Virus record (IMG/VR): IMGVR_UViG_3300027857_000012 | Span: 1-64,000 of that record | Source of the DNA: a virus | DNA: 64,000 nucleotides | Direction: 5' to 3' (one strand) | Shown: positions 36,938-46,900 of the stretch, piece by piece | Layout of the letters: every line of letters starts with the position of its first letter | How positions within the stretch are numbered: position 1 is the first letter of the stretch | The notes under the pieces: generated by a model | What the model was told of the DNA's origin: nothing | Databases searched by the model: none | Seen by the model: the letters and a program-made list of their open reading frames with translations, nothing else | Made by a program: the position numbers and the translations under genes

Positions 36938-39253
36938 ATGTCAACTGTCAATATCGGATCGTCACTCCCAGCTGGGAGCAACATCCTTGGACAAGTGAAA
37001 CTCGTCGATACTGGTGGCGTCAATCAACTTGCGATTGACGCGAATAACAACGCGCACGTGACGCTGTACAATGCCGCAAATGCGATGGCAATTGATAGTT
37101 CGAATAACGCACATGTGGGCGTGTGGAACGGTGCAAATCAACTTGCTGTGAATGCATCTGGAAATGCTGCTATAAATCTACTTCAAGTGGGTTCCGCAAC
37201 AGTCACTCTTGGCTCAAAAACGAGTGCAAATAGTTTCCCAGTCGTTATCGCTTCAGATCAGGGATCTGTAAAAATCAACATAGACCAAACGACCATTGGC
37301 ACGACAAATGGTATGGTCATTGTCAACAACAATACGGGTAGCACGATTTCAGCGGAAATCGCAGCGACGAAACGCCTGCGTGTCCAAATGGACAGCACAC
37401 AGGTATTTTATGAAGCGTGGGATTCTGGCACTGTAGAAACGACCTATAACTGGAATGCTGCCATCACTGGTGGAAATGGTTCTTCAACACCTTCTGCAGG
37501 TCAGGAAATACTAAGCAGTGGAACAACAGCAAATGGGTACGCCTATCTAACAAGTAAAAACAAATTTCAGCCAGTATCACCTGGATATCTCCAGTTTGAT
37601 CATCAAATACAATTTACATTTGCACTTCCAGCACATACTTATGCCTATTGGGGCGCAGGAACAGTGCCTGCGACACCTACTTCTGCTGCACCACTGACAG
37701 ATGCAGTCGCATTTGAACTTGCCACAAACGGAAAAATGTCGGCAGTTTGTTACGCGGGTGGTACGCGCAATTCAATTCAAGATTTATCATCATCGACTGG
37801 AAATAGTACGCAACCAGCTGACGCAAACGTGCACAAGTATGAAATTTATATACGCGGCGACAATATGTACTGGCTTATTGATAATCAATCTGTCGCTTCT
37901 ATTTCGACTGGTGCTCTTGGACCAAATACAAATCTCTTGCCAATAATGTTGCTTTCTGGTGTCGATGCAACAGGCGCGTCAAGTGCACAACAATTAACAA
38001 GTGCCGCTGTGTATGTCGGAGATACATCAAAAGCATTTTTCCATATTTCTGATCCGACACATCCGCAATATGCTGTTACTGTCAAACCGGGGTCAACTGC
38101 TATCGCTGCTACTGATCCATCACTTGCCATAGGATTTTCGCCAAACTCGCCACTTCCTACAGGCAGTAATACAATCGGAGCTGTCACACAGGCTTCCGGT
38201 CCTTGGTCTGAAAATCTTACTCAAATAGCAGGATCTAGTATCGCGACAGCAGCGACTGGTGTACAAAAAATAGGTATTGTTGGTAGTGGTGGAGCGACGA
38301 TTGATAGCACGATAGGAGCTGGCACTGCTCCAACAAATGCTATCATTGCTGGATCTACATATAATTCTTCTGCGCCCGCACCCACCACAGGACAGGCAAT
38401 GGCTTTGCAGGCAGATCAAGCTGGAAATCTGCGTGTATTTCCTGGAATCGCACTTACTACACTTGCTGCATGGACAACGAGCACAACAGTCAATACAACA
38501 CAGACTATTTTCACCAACAGTGGCGCACCTGCAGTACTCATTCAATTAAACCAAACAACAACAATCACTGTTGGCGCTATCACGTTTGAAGTCACATTTG
38601 ATGGAACAAACTGGGTAACAGCAACGGCTAATTGTATCATTGACCCAACATCAGCAACATATGCACAAATAGCGCTTCCGTACACATTACAAGCGAGCAC
38701 GAATAAAGCATTTATTATCGATAACAATGGTTGGCAAGGACTACGAATTAAACTTTCAACTGCTATCACTGGAACTGGAAGCGTGACACCATTCTATGCG
38801 CTGCTTCCTTATGATCCAGTGGATTCAGCAGTTGTCTATTCTCCTACAGCGGCAAACTTCAATGTTACTGCTGTGCAATCTGGCACATGGCTTGTCCAAT
38901 CACAAGCTGGCACAACTGGCGGTTCAACAGCTTCACACACTATTAGCGCTGCCTCGACGAATGCAACATCGACGAAAGCATCAGCAGGCCTCCTCTATGG
39001 GTTTTGTGTCTCGAACACAAATGCCGCTGCACGGTTCGTCAAGTTTTACAATAAAGCCTCTGCACCGACAGTTGGTACCGATACACCTGTTCTCACAGTA
39101 CAAGTGCCTCCTAACAGTACGGTCATTCGAGCATACCCAGAAGGATTAACATTTAGCACTGGTATTGCGTGGGCAGCGACAGGCGCTATTACTGATGCAG
39201 ATACAACAGCTATTGGATTAAGTGATTTATCAGTTGATTTGAACTACAAATAG
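36938..39253 (+). CDS. putative fibre protein with lectin-like inserted domains
   Basis: shares SKTSANSxPVVIASDQ and NTIGAVTQASGPW modules with the upstream gene. Confidence 0.7.
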   Translation: MSTVNIGSSLPAGSNILGQVKLVDTGGVNQLAIDANNNAHVTLYNAANAMAIDSSNNAHVGVWNGANQLAVNASGNAAINLLQVGSATVTLGSKTSANSFPVVIASDQGSVKINIDQTTIGTTNGMVIVNNNTGSTISAEIAATKRLRVQMDSTQVFYEAWDSGTVETTYNWNAAITGGNGSSTPSAGQEILSSGTTANGYAYLTSKNKFQPVSPGYLQFDHQIQFTFALPAHTYAYWGAGTVPATPTSAAPLTDAVAFELATNGKMSAVCYAGGTRNSIQDLSSSTGNSTQPADANVHKYEIYIRGDNMYWLIDNQSVASISTGALGPNTNLLPIMLLSGVDATGASSAQQLTSAAVYVGDTSKAFFHISDPTHPQYAVTVKPGSTAIAATDPSLAIGFSPNSPLPTGSNTIGAVTQASGPWSENLTQIAGSSIATAATGVQKIGIVGSGGATIDSTIGAGTAPTNAIIAGSTYNSSAPAPTTGQAMALQADQAGNLRVFPGIALTTLAAWTTSTTVNTTQTIFTNSGAPAVLIQLNQTTTITVGAITFEVTFDGTNWVTATANCIIDPTSATYAQIALPYTLQASTNKAFIIDNNGWQGLRIKLSTAITGTGSVTPFYALLPYDPVDSAVVYSPTAANFNVTAVQSGTWLVQSQAGTTGGSTASHTISAASTNATSTKASAGLLYGFCVSNTNAAARFVKFYNKASAPTVGTDTPVLTVQVPPNSTVIRAYPEGLTFSTGIAWAATGAITDADTTAIGLSDLSVDLNYK

Positions 39254-39268
39254 AAAGGAGGCGACACT

Positions 39269-39931
39269 GTGGCATTTCCAACGTTTGACTCAGTTTTTAA
39301 CATTACACCGAATACGACAGCAACATGGTCACATACTGTCACCTCCTCACAGAGTAACAGGATCATTCTCGTTGCAGTCAATTGTGTGACAACAACAGGT
39401 GCTACAACGACAGCAGTATCCTACAATAGTTTGGCGCTCACAAAAATTATCGCAAAAGTGTATAACGGAACTAGCTCAAACGAGATTACATTGTGGTATC
39501 GTGTTGCACCATCGACAGGCTCCAATACAGTTTCTGTGACCATCACTGGAACAGGATCACTTACTGGTGATTCAGTGTCCTATTATAACGTTTCTCAAAC
39601 CAGTCCTATCGCGACATCTGCGAGTTTTAGTGGAACGACACTCAATCCAAGCAATTCACTTTCTAGCACAGATACAACAATGCTCGTCGTAGATGCACTC
39701 GCCAATCGAGGGAATGCGTCGTTCGGAGCAGCAGGATCAGGACAAACATCCCGGTATGCAGGAGCACCATCGTCTGGCCTTGCCGGTTCTGAAAAAACAG
39801 GGACATCAAGCAGCACCACAATGTCGAGAACGATGGCTGCTGATAATTGGGGGCAAATTATCGCAGCGCTCAACTCGTTTACTGCATCACACCGTATTGT
39901 GAGTGATGGATTTGGAGGAACGTTCTCATGA
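39269..39931 (+). CDS. Ser/Thr-rich beta-sandwich virion protein
   Basis: AAAGGAGG RBS, GTG start; TWSHTV..SNRIILVAV, LWYRVAPSTGSNTVSVT. Confidence 0.65.
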   Translation: MAFPTFDSVFNITPNTTATWSHTVTSSQSNRIILVAVNCVTTTGATTTAVSYNSLALTKIIAKVYNGTSSNEITLWYRVAPSTGSNTVSVTITGTGSLTGDSVSYYNVSQTSPIATSASFSGTTLNPSNSLSSTDTTMLVVDALANRGNASFGAAGSGQTSRYAGAPSSGLAGSEKTGTSSSTTMSRTMAADNWGQIIAALNSFTASHRIVSDGFGGTFS

Positions 39932-40170
39932 CAGTGATTACGATTCCTCGAACCTTTGGAGGAACGCTTTTTCTTAATTTGACCGTTGCGACGTCTCCAG
40001 TCCCAGGGCTCTCTGTCACAGCGCTTTTTCGAGATGGTGATGTACTTGCAACAGCACGTGATGGCGCCACAGGAGCCCATTTTCGAGATGGTTTGCTGCA
40101 CACACTATCACGAGATGGTGATATAACAACGCACTCTCGAGATGGTATTCTCCAGATGGGAGGGCGATAA
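39928..40170 (+). CDS. small protein with 5 x 9 aa RDG repeats
   Basis: RDG recurs every 9 residues; ATGA overlap. Confidence 0.6.
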   Translation: MTVITIPRTFGGTLFLNLTVATSPVPGLSVTALFRDGDVLATARDGATGAHFRDGLLHTLSRDGDITTHSRDGILQMGGR

Positions 40171-40171
40171 G

Positions 40172-40492
40172 ATGCCAATTAGTCCATGGACACTTGGTCA
40201 ACTTTCTCCGATTTGGACAATTGTTCTTGCTCGAGACAGTAAACCAATGGATCTGACTGGTGTCACGGTCAATCAATTAAGTTTGTTACTCTACAACGGT
40301 AATCATGCCCAAACAGGGACAGGTGCAGGGACATTTACCATCATTGATACAAATCCAGGCGTTATTACATACCAACTTGTTACTGCTGACGTCCCTGTGG
40401 TCACCGGCACTTATTATGTACGAGTCAAAATTAATTTCAATAATGTCGCACCTGATATGTCAGATTATGTGACGTGGACAATTCAAGCATGA
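40172..40492 (+). CDS. BppU-like Ig-fold virion protein
   Basis: PMDLTG.T, G..TY....DV...GTY..VKI pattern. Confidence 0.55.
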   Translation: MPISPWTLGQLSPIWTIVLARDSKPMDLTGVTVNQLSLLLYNGNHAQTGTGAGTFTIIDTNPGVITYQLVTADVPVVTGTYYVRVKINFNNVAPDMSDYVTWTIQA

Positions 40493-40504
40493 AGTGAGAA
40501 ACAT

Positions 40505-40930
40505 ATGGCAGAACCACTCTTTAATGTCACATGGGATTCAGCATCACTCGGTGCGATTGCCAATTTGAATAATTTTAGTAGTTTTTTGGACCCAGAAATG
40601 GTTGTTGCGCTGACTGAAATTGGTGATTTGATTGTACAAGCAGCCATTTCGAATACATGGTCTGTATTTTCGAGTCCAAGCGGGCAACTTGCAAGTGCGA
40701 TTACTTCGTCACTCACTGGCCCACTCGAGGTGATTGTTGAAGTCGGTGTTCCATATGCATGGAGAATGGAAGAGGGTTTTTTTGGAACAGATAGTCTCGG
40801 TCGAACATACAACCAGGAACCAAAACCCTATATTTTGCCAGCAATACAAGATAATGAAGATCAAATTATGGTCTTAATGAATCTCGCAGCAGCAAATGCT
40901 ATTGCAAAAATTGCACCAGGAGGCATTTAA
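40505..40930 (+). CDS. neck/tail-completion protein (HK97 gp10-like)
   Basis: SGQLASAI, V.VPYAWRMEEG, PKPYILPA motifs. Confidence 0.7.
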   Translation: MAEPLFNVTWDSASLGAIANLNNFSSFLDPEMVVALTEIGDLIVQAAISNTWSVFSSPSGQLASAITSSLTGPLEVIVEVGVPYAWRMEEGFFGTDSLGRTYNQEPKPYILPAIQDNEDQIMVLMNLAAANAIAKIAPGGI

Positions 40931-41425
40931 ATGCCAAGTACAACTACACCGGATACGCTCTCTGTTGCACAAGCCATTGTCTCGTATGGGCAAGGCCTTG
41001 TCGATAACAATAATATTCAAATTTATGCACAAGTGCAAATGGGCGAAATCCGAGATGTCACGAACGTTCTCCTTGCTGGGAATGCATGCTTAGAAATCTA
41101 TGCGAATCAGGACGATAGTCAACATTTCGCATTTGGGGGTAAAATTCGAGATGAGCAAACGTGGTTTCTCCTTTCACTCGTGAGTCTCGATGATGCACAA
41201 GCAGCAGAAATACATATTTATCAAATTCGTGATGCATTAGTTCGACCATTCCAAATTCATGCAACACTTGGTGCAATCGGGAGTGTTTATCATGCCCAGA
41301 TTAAAGCAAATTCTGGTAAGTTCATTAAGATTTTTCGAAATGGGCAATGGTTTCGAGCACATTTGATTGAAGTGATGACTCGACAAGAGTGGTATGTCCC
41401 AACACCTCCAGGTGTCATTGCATAA
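40931..41425 (+). CDS. putative tail terminator
   Basis: size and position between neck and major tail genes. Confidence 0.55.
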   Translation: MPSTTTPDTLSVAQAIVSYGQGLVDNNNIQIYAQVQMGEIRDVTNVLLAGNACLEIYANQDDSQHFAFGGKIRDEQTWFLLSLVSLDDAQAAEIHIYQIRDALVRPFQIHATLGAIGSVYHAQIKANSGKFIKIFRNGQWFRAHLIEVMTRQEWYVPTPPGVIA

Positions 41426-41437
41426 AGGAGAAATAGT

Positions 41438-41740
41438 ATGGCAACACAAACATATGCAGCGTATGGATCCAGTTGTGTGATTCCTGGAGTGCCTGGTATT
41501 GTCCTGAACGCTGGACAATGGATCACGATTGATACGACAACATTTCAAATCACTGCACAAGGATTTCTCCCTCCTGTTGTGCCAATTGTCAACAGTGACA
41601 TTGTTGATATTACTGTCGAATACGGAGAAGCTGGTGTCATTCCAGACGCAGCAGGCCAAACGATTGATGCTGGACACGTTGAAACAGTTGATGTGACGAC
41701 AGATACTGTCACGCATGACGGATTTCTGCCATCATCCTAA
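41438..41740 (+). CDS. small acidic protein with two internal repeats
   Basis: VIP....G..L/I.AG....(I/V)D.TT...T..GFLP twice; AAGGAG RBS. Confidence 0.65.
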   Translation: MATQTYAAYGSSCVIPGVPGIVLNAGQWITIDTTTFQITAQGFLPPVVPIVNSDIVDITVEYGEAGVIPDAAGQTIDAGHVETVDVTTDTVTHDGFLPSS

Positions 41741-41767
41741 GAAATTTCCATATGAAGGGATACAGCT

Positions 41768-43369
41768 ATGCCAATCACTGCGACAGCGGCCAAGGGTGTT
41801 GTTGATATCATGCTCGAAGCAGCGAATGGTGAGCAGCTGCTTCTCGCAACAACACCAGTTATTGCAACACTGACCGGAATCACTGCTCCAACAGGCAGCA
41901 CCGGTATGCGATTGCATATTAAAATCACCAACTGGACAACAAGTGGAACAGTAACGATTACTGGCACAGGTATTCCTGGAAATACAGAAACATATAACAT
42001 CGCGAGCCCAACACCACAACAGACACAAAGCGCTCAGCTCGCTAGCAATGAATATGTTTCTGTGAATGGCTACTCAGCTATTACCAATATTACGACCACA
42101 GGACTAGCAAACGCATTGATCACCGTGTGGGGCATTTATGCTGGCAAATTCACAGCACCATCAATCATGACATCGAACCGCGTCATGAAAGTCTATAGTC
42201 CAAATGAACATAACGCATTCATTGAACGAGACAAAAAAATCCTTCACCTTGTCAACAATACGAGTGTTGACCTAAAACAAGATGTGTATGCAGACCTTAG
42301 TCTTTGGTGGCCATACATGATGATGGGTGCACCAACAATTACGACATACCCATCTTCACCAACATCACTCTTAGCAGTGACGCCTCTTACATCAACCATG
42401 TCGCTGACAACACAACCAACAGCACCTGGAATGAAACTTATCATTGTTGTCACGTCGTTTACAGTTGCTGGAACGTTATCAATTGCTGGAACATCATATG
42501 GTGTTGCGACAACAGAATCCATTTCAATTACTGGCGCTGGAACGTATTATTCAAGCAATGTCTACTCAGCAGTGAATGCATCTGGCATTACGAATGTAAC
42601 AACAGCGGCGTCAATTGCTATCACCGGCGTCTTTGGATGGGCGCTAACGTTTTTGTCCGGTGGCAACCTTTATTCTGCAGCAATCGAGTGGTTTGATGGT
42701 ACTGGATCATGGACACACCCGTTCAGTTTTGCCACTGAAGGTGATTTTGATATCAAAGTACTGACCGAAGCGACACTCACGCTCAAAGGGAAGGCACAAG
42801 ATAAGCTGCCGATTGGTGATCGCACAACGACACCACTTACTGGCGTGAATCGTATTGCAAGCATTGGAGCTAATCTCAACGATGAACCAATTGTCGGGTG
42901 GCAGAGCGTTGTTTACATTGATGCAATTACCGGCACCCCACTCACAACAGCATATACAAACTGTCAAGAATTGAAAGTTGCACTTAAAACACCGCAAGAA
43001 GATCATTGGACCTTCACGAACACGCAGAATTACAATCGTGCGTACGCAGTGAAACGAGAATGCACATGTGAAGCGATGATTGATTTTACTGATATGCTTC
43101 AGTGGGAACAATTTCGCCAGAACTTGAAACAGTACTTGGCATTTCAATTCATTGGACAGTATATCGGCACGACTGGCGGTTCAGCAATTTACAAAAGTTG
43201 GACCTGGACACTCCCAATTCGCAGTGATGGCCAATTTGATGTTACATCAGATCCATCAAAAGGACAAGTAAGTGGAAAAGTTGTTTGGCGCACAGAATAT
43301 GATTCTGGTATTGGTGGATCATATAAACTGGTCGTCGTGACACAAATTCCACCAACATATCCTGCCTAG
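41768..43369 (+). CDS. major tail (tube) protein with two inserted domains
   Basis: upstream of chaperone and TMP; duplicated insert (T.PT..GM.L.I.....T..GT..I.GT). Confidence 0.65.
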   Translation: MPITATAAKGVVDIMLEAANGEQLLLATTPVIATLTGITAPTGSTGMRLHIKITNWTTSGTVTITGTGIPGNTETYNIASPTPQQTQSAQLASNEYVSVNGYSAITNITTTGLANALITVWGIYAGKFTAPSIMTSNRVMKVYSPNEHNAFIERDKKILHLVNNTSVDLKQDVYADLSLWWPYMMMGAPTITTYPSSPTSLLAVTPLTSTMSLTTQPTAPGMKLIIVVTSFTVAGTLSIAGTSYGVATTESISITGAGTYYSSNVYSAVNASGITNVTTAASIAITGVFGWALTFLSGGNLYSAAIEWFDGTGSWTHPFSFATEGDFDIKVLTEATLTLKGKAQDKLPIGDRTTTPLTGVNRIASIGANLNDEPIVGWQSVVYIDAITGTPLTTAYTNCQELKVALKTPQEDHWTFTNTQNYNRAYAVKRECTCEAMIDFTDMLQWEQFRQNLKQYLAFQFIGQYIGTTGGSAIYKSWTWTLPIRSDGQFDVTSDPSKGQVSGKVVWRTEYDSGIGGSYKLVVVTQIPPTYPA

Positions 43370-43402
43370 TTGAAACGTATTCAATACAGAAAGAAACATA
43401 TC

Positions 43403-43855
43403 ATGGGTGCATTTGATGATGTCGCAAATATCCTTCTTCCAGATCCATCTGATCCTGATGCAGCAGTTGCATTTCGGAAAAAATGGGGATGGGATGCGCA
43501 TGAACAGGTTATTATCCGAGGAGCATTTACAGCTGGTGACCAAGAGGTTGTCACTAACGCATCGGTAAATACGACAAAAAAGGGCGAAACGATCTTTCAA
43601 GCTGGCACAGCGCGACTGAAACTCATGGATCGAATGATTCTTGATTGGACATTTGCTCGAAACGGAGTGAAGATTCCAAAAACGCTTGATGCAATTAAAC
43701 GATTGCCAGCGTCATACTCAACACCAATTTTGGAAATTTGTGATCAACTCTCAAGTTCAATGACAGAAACAGAGCAAGAAGATTTTTTCGACTCTGCGAA
43801 CGGGCATTCCTCGGATCCCTCAAAGGAGATGAGTCTGTTCCAGACGCAGTCTTAA
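43403..43855 (+). CDS. tail assembly chaperone (G)
   Basis: between major tail and TMP; RMILDWTF motif. Confidence 0.75.
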   Translation: MGAFDDVANILLPDPSDPDAAVAFRKKWGWDAHEQVIIRGAFTAGDQEVVTNASVNTTKKGETIFQAGTARLKLMDRMILDWTFARNGVKIPKTLDAIKRLPASYSTPILEICDQLSSSMTETEQEDFFDSANGHSSDPSKEMSLFQTQS

Positions 43856-43998
43856 AAGCAGAACTCTACCCTCTTTTTGGAGGGTATTGGGAGTATCACT
43901 CTGCACCGATGCGTGAAATCGTTGAACAACGACTCGTGCTCGCTGCTCGAAAGTCAGCAGAAACGATTCTGAATGATCGAGCACGGAAAGAACTGTAA
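43783..43998 (+). other. -1 programmed frameshift site and GT extension
   Basis: T TTT TTC heptamer at 43783-43789; -1 frame open to TAA 43996-43998, which overlaps the TMP ATG. Confidence 0.75.
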
Positions 43999-46900
43999 TG
44001 GCAGGTGGAGTTGCAGGATCTATTGCGCTTGATTTGATTATCTCAGCGCAGAATAATACGCAAGCTGTATTCATGGAAGTGGGAACAGCCATTGCGCAAT
44101 TAGCCAGCGGAAATGTTCTTGGAGCATTAACTGCTGGTCTTGCTGCTGTATCCACCGCATTTGTTGGCGCCGCCAAAGATGCTGGCGATTTTCAACAACA
44201 AATGGAACTCACAGTGACAGGCGCTGGTGCTGATCAACGACAACTTGCAGCAATGAGTGCAGCCGTCCTTCAGATGTCCGTCGATACAGGCACATCAGCG
44301 AAACAACTCGCTGAAGGCCTGTATATGATCAACGCTGCGGGGTATCAAGGCGCAGCAGGATTACAAGTACTCAAAGCGTCAGCTGAAGGAGCAAAAGCTG
44401 AAAATGCTGACCTTGGCATTGTCGCAAAAGATGTCACTGGTATTTTGCATGACTATCATCTCCCTGCCGAAGATGCAGTGGCAGCAACAAATGGACTTGT
44501 TGCTGCCGTGAGTGTTGGCAAGATGCACATGCAAGATTTTGCTCTCTCGATTGGAACTGTGCTTCCGAAAGCCGCAGAACTTGGTGTCAAATTCCCAGAA
44601 GTCGCTGCCGCTGTTGCGATGATGACCAATTCAAACACAACAGCTCGACAGGCAGCACAGAATCTTGCATTTGCGCTCAAATCGCTCGGTGCGCCGAGTG
44701 GCATTGCAATTAAAGCGATGGAGTCAATTGGTTTATCAGCGCAGCAAGTCAAAGATATGTTAGGAACACAAGGACTTGCTGCGACACTCCAAATGATTGA
44801 ACAACATATCGGCAAAACATTTCCAGCGAACAGTTATCAAGCAACAGAAGCATTGAAAGAAATTACAGGTGGCGCAGCGGGGTGGAATGTCGCGCTTGAA
44901 CTCGGTGGCTCGAACATGAAAGATTTTGAAAAACAAATAAAATTTGTCACTGATGCTATGATGAAGGGCGGAAATGCAGTCGAGAATTGGGATATCATTC
45001 AGGGCGAGTTTAATTTCAAAGTGTCACAAGCCCAAGATGCCCTTCAAGCCATGATGATCACTGTTGGAAATCAGTTGCTTCCTATACTTGGAAAAATGGT
45101 CGATTGGGTGACACAGGCTGTGATTCATTTTACAGCATGGGAAGCGCAAACGCACTTTGTCGAAAATGGCCTCAACGCCATCGTCACTGCAATTACGTGG
45201 CTTACAAATGGTATCGGCACAGTCATTGATGTCATTACACAACTCTGGACGTTGATTCAACCAGCATTTGACGGTATGACCAAATCGGCCTGGACGTGGG
45301 GCCATAACATGATGGTTGGGTTTGGCAATGGCATTGTTTCAGTGATCAATGATATCATCGCTATCGTTCAAAATGTTGCACAAGAAATTGCGAATTATCT
45401 CGGATTTGCATCGCCTGCAAAGAAAGGTCCAGGCGCAGAACTTGCCAGTTGGGGCCCAGGTCTCGTTGGAGGATTTGTTGAGGGCGTTGCGAATAGTCTT
45501 CCACTTGTTGCAAATGCTGTCGCGCAAATTGCAGGACAGTTTAGCGCACTTGGATCAATCTCAACACTCCCAACTGGGACACCACAAGTCTCAACAATGA
45601 TCGATCAACTCACTGGTGACACTCGAAAAACGACCGTCACACCCAATATGACAAGATTGTCAACAGTTATGTCATCAACAGCCGCCGCTGGATCAACAAT
45701 GACGAGCAGTATTTCAAATGGTGTTGCTGGAGGTGCTGGAAAAGTAGCGACAGCAACAACAGCACTTAGCAAATCATTGACTGATATTTGTCCAAAAGCA
45801 ACATCGGCGAGTAAATGTGCAGCTGATGCAATGACGAGTGGCCTTGCTTCAAAAATCAAATCACAATCACCAGCAGCGCAAGCGGCAGCAGCGGCGCACG
45901 CAACTGCAGTTGCAGCAGCGGCAGCAAAATCACAAGATAGTGCCAATGCACGTGCTGCGCAATTAAATGCTGATTGGCAAAAAGCGATTTCAGAATCATC
46001 AACACAAGCCGTACAAGACCTCGTCAACAAAAGTCGTGCTGAATTTGCCAAAGGCAACATTGCCATGGCACAATTCTATGCTCGACAAGCACTCCAACTT
46101 GCAGCAGCACAACACGCTGAAGCGGTTAAAGCGGCTGCGGCGGCTGCAAAAGCTGGACCAGCACCCGTTGCCGGAGTAATGGGTGCGCCTGGACAGTATC
46201 CAGGCGCTGACGCACTTGCGCAAAATCCAGCACTTGCCGCTATTAATGATGCAAAAAAAGCTGTGACACAACTCAATCCAATCACGAGCCAAATTAAAAA
46301 TATTTGGGGTGATGTCCTAAAATTTTTCCAGCAAGTTGGCGTAGGAATGAGCAAAGTTGGAGCACAGATTCAAGCCGCATTTAAAGCAATGCTCCCTGGA
46401 CTCCAAGATATTTGGCGTGTCGTTCAAACACAACTTGTCCCGGCATTGAAAGAATTATGGACAGCAATTCAACCTGGTGTTGCACTTATAGGACAAATTG
46501 CAGGAGGGCTTGTCGTAGGGGGTGTCGCATTTGCGAAATGGGCAACATCGGCCAGTACACTCAAACCAATTTGGGATTTTTTGGTCGTCACAACCAAAAT
46601 CATTATTTCAATTCTTGCAACTTTGATTAGCACTATTGCTGACGCGCTTGCACCCGTGTTCAAACAGCTCTCAGATACGTTTAAAACACAATTGAAACCG
46701 GCGTGGGATGACATGATCAAGTCAATTCAACCCACGATCCCATTCTGGACAATGTTAGCACATGCTATTGGTGGATTGCTTGTGATCGCGATTGGCGTAC
46801 TCATAGCACTCATAGGTGGTCTCATTAAAGGACTCGGTGGTCTCCTTGCAGGCATTATTCAAGCCATTGGTGGAATTGTGCAAATTGTGAGCGGATTCAT

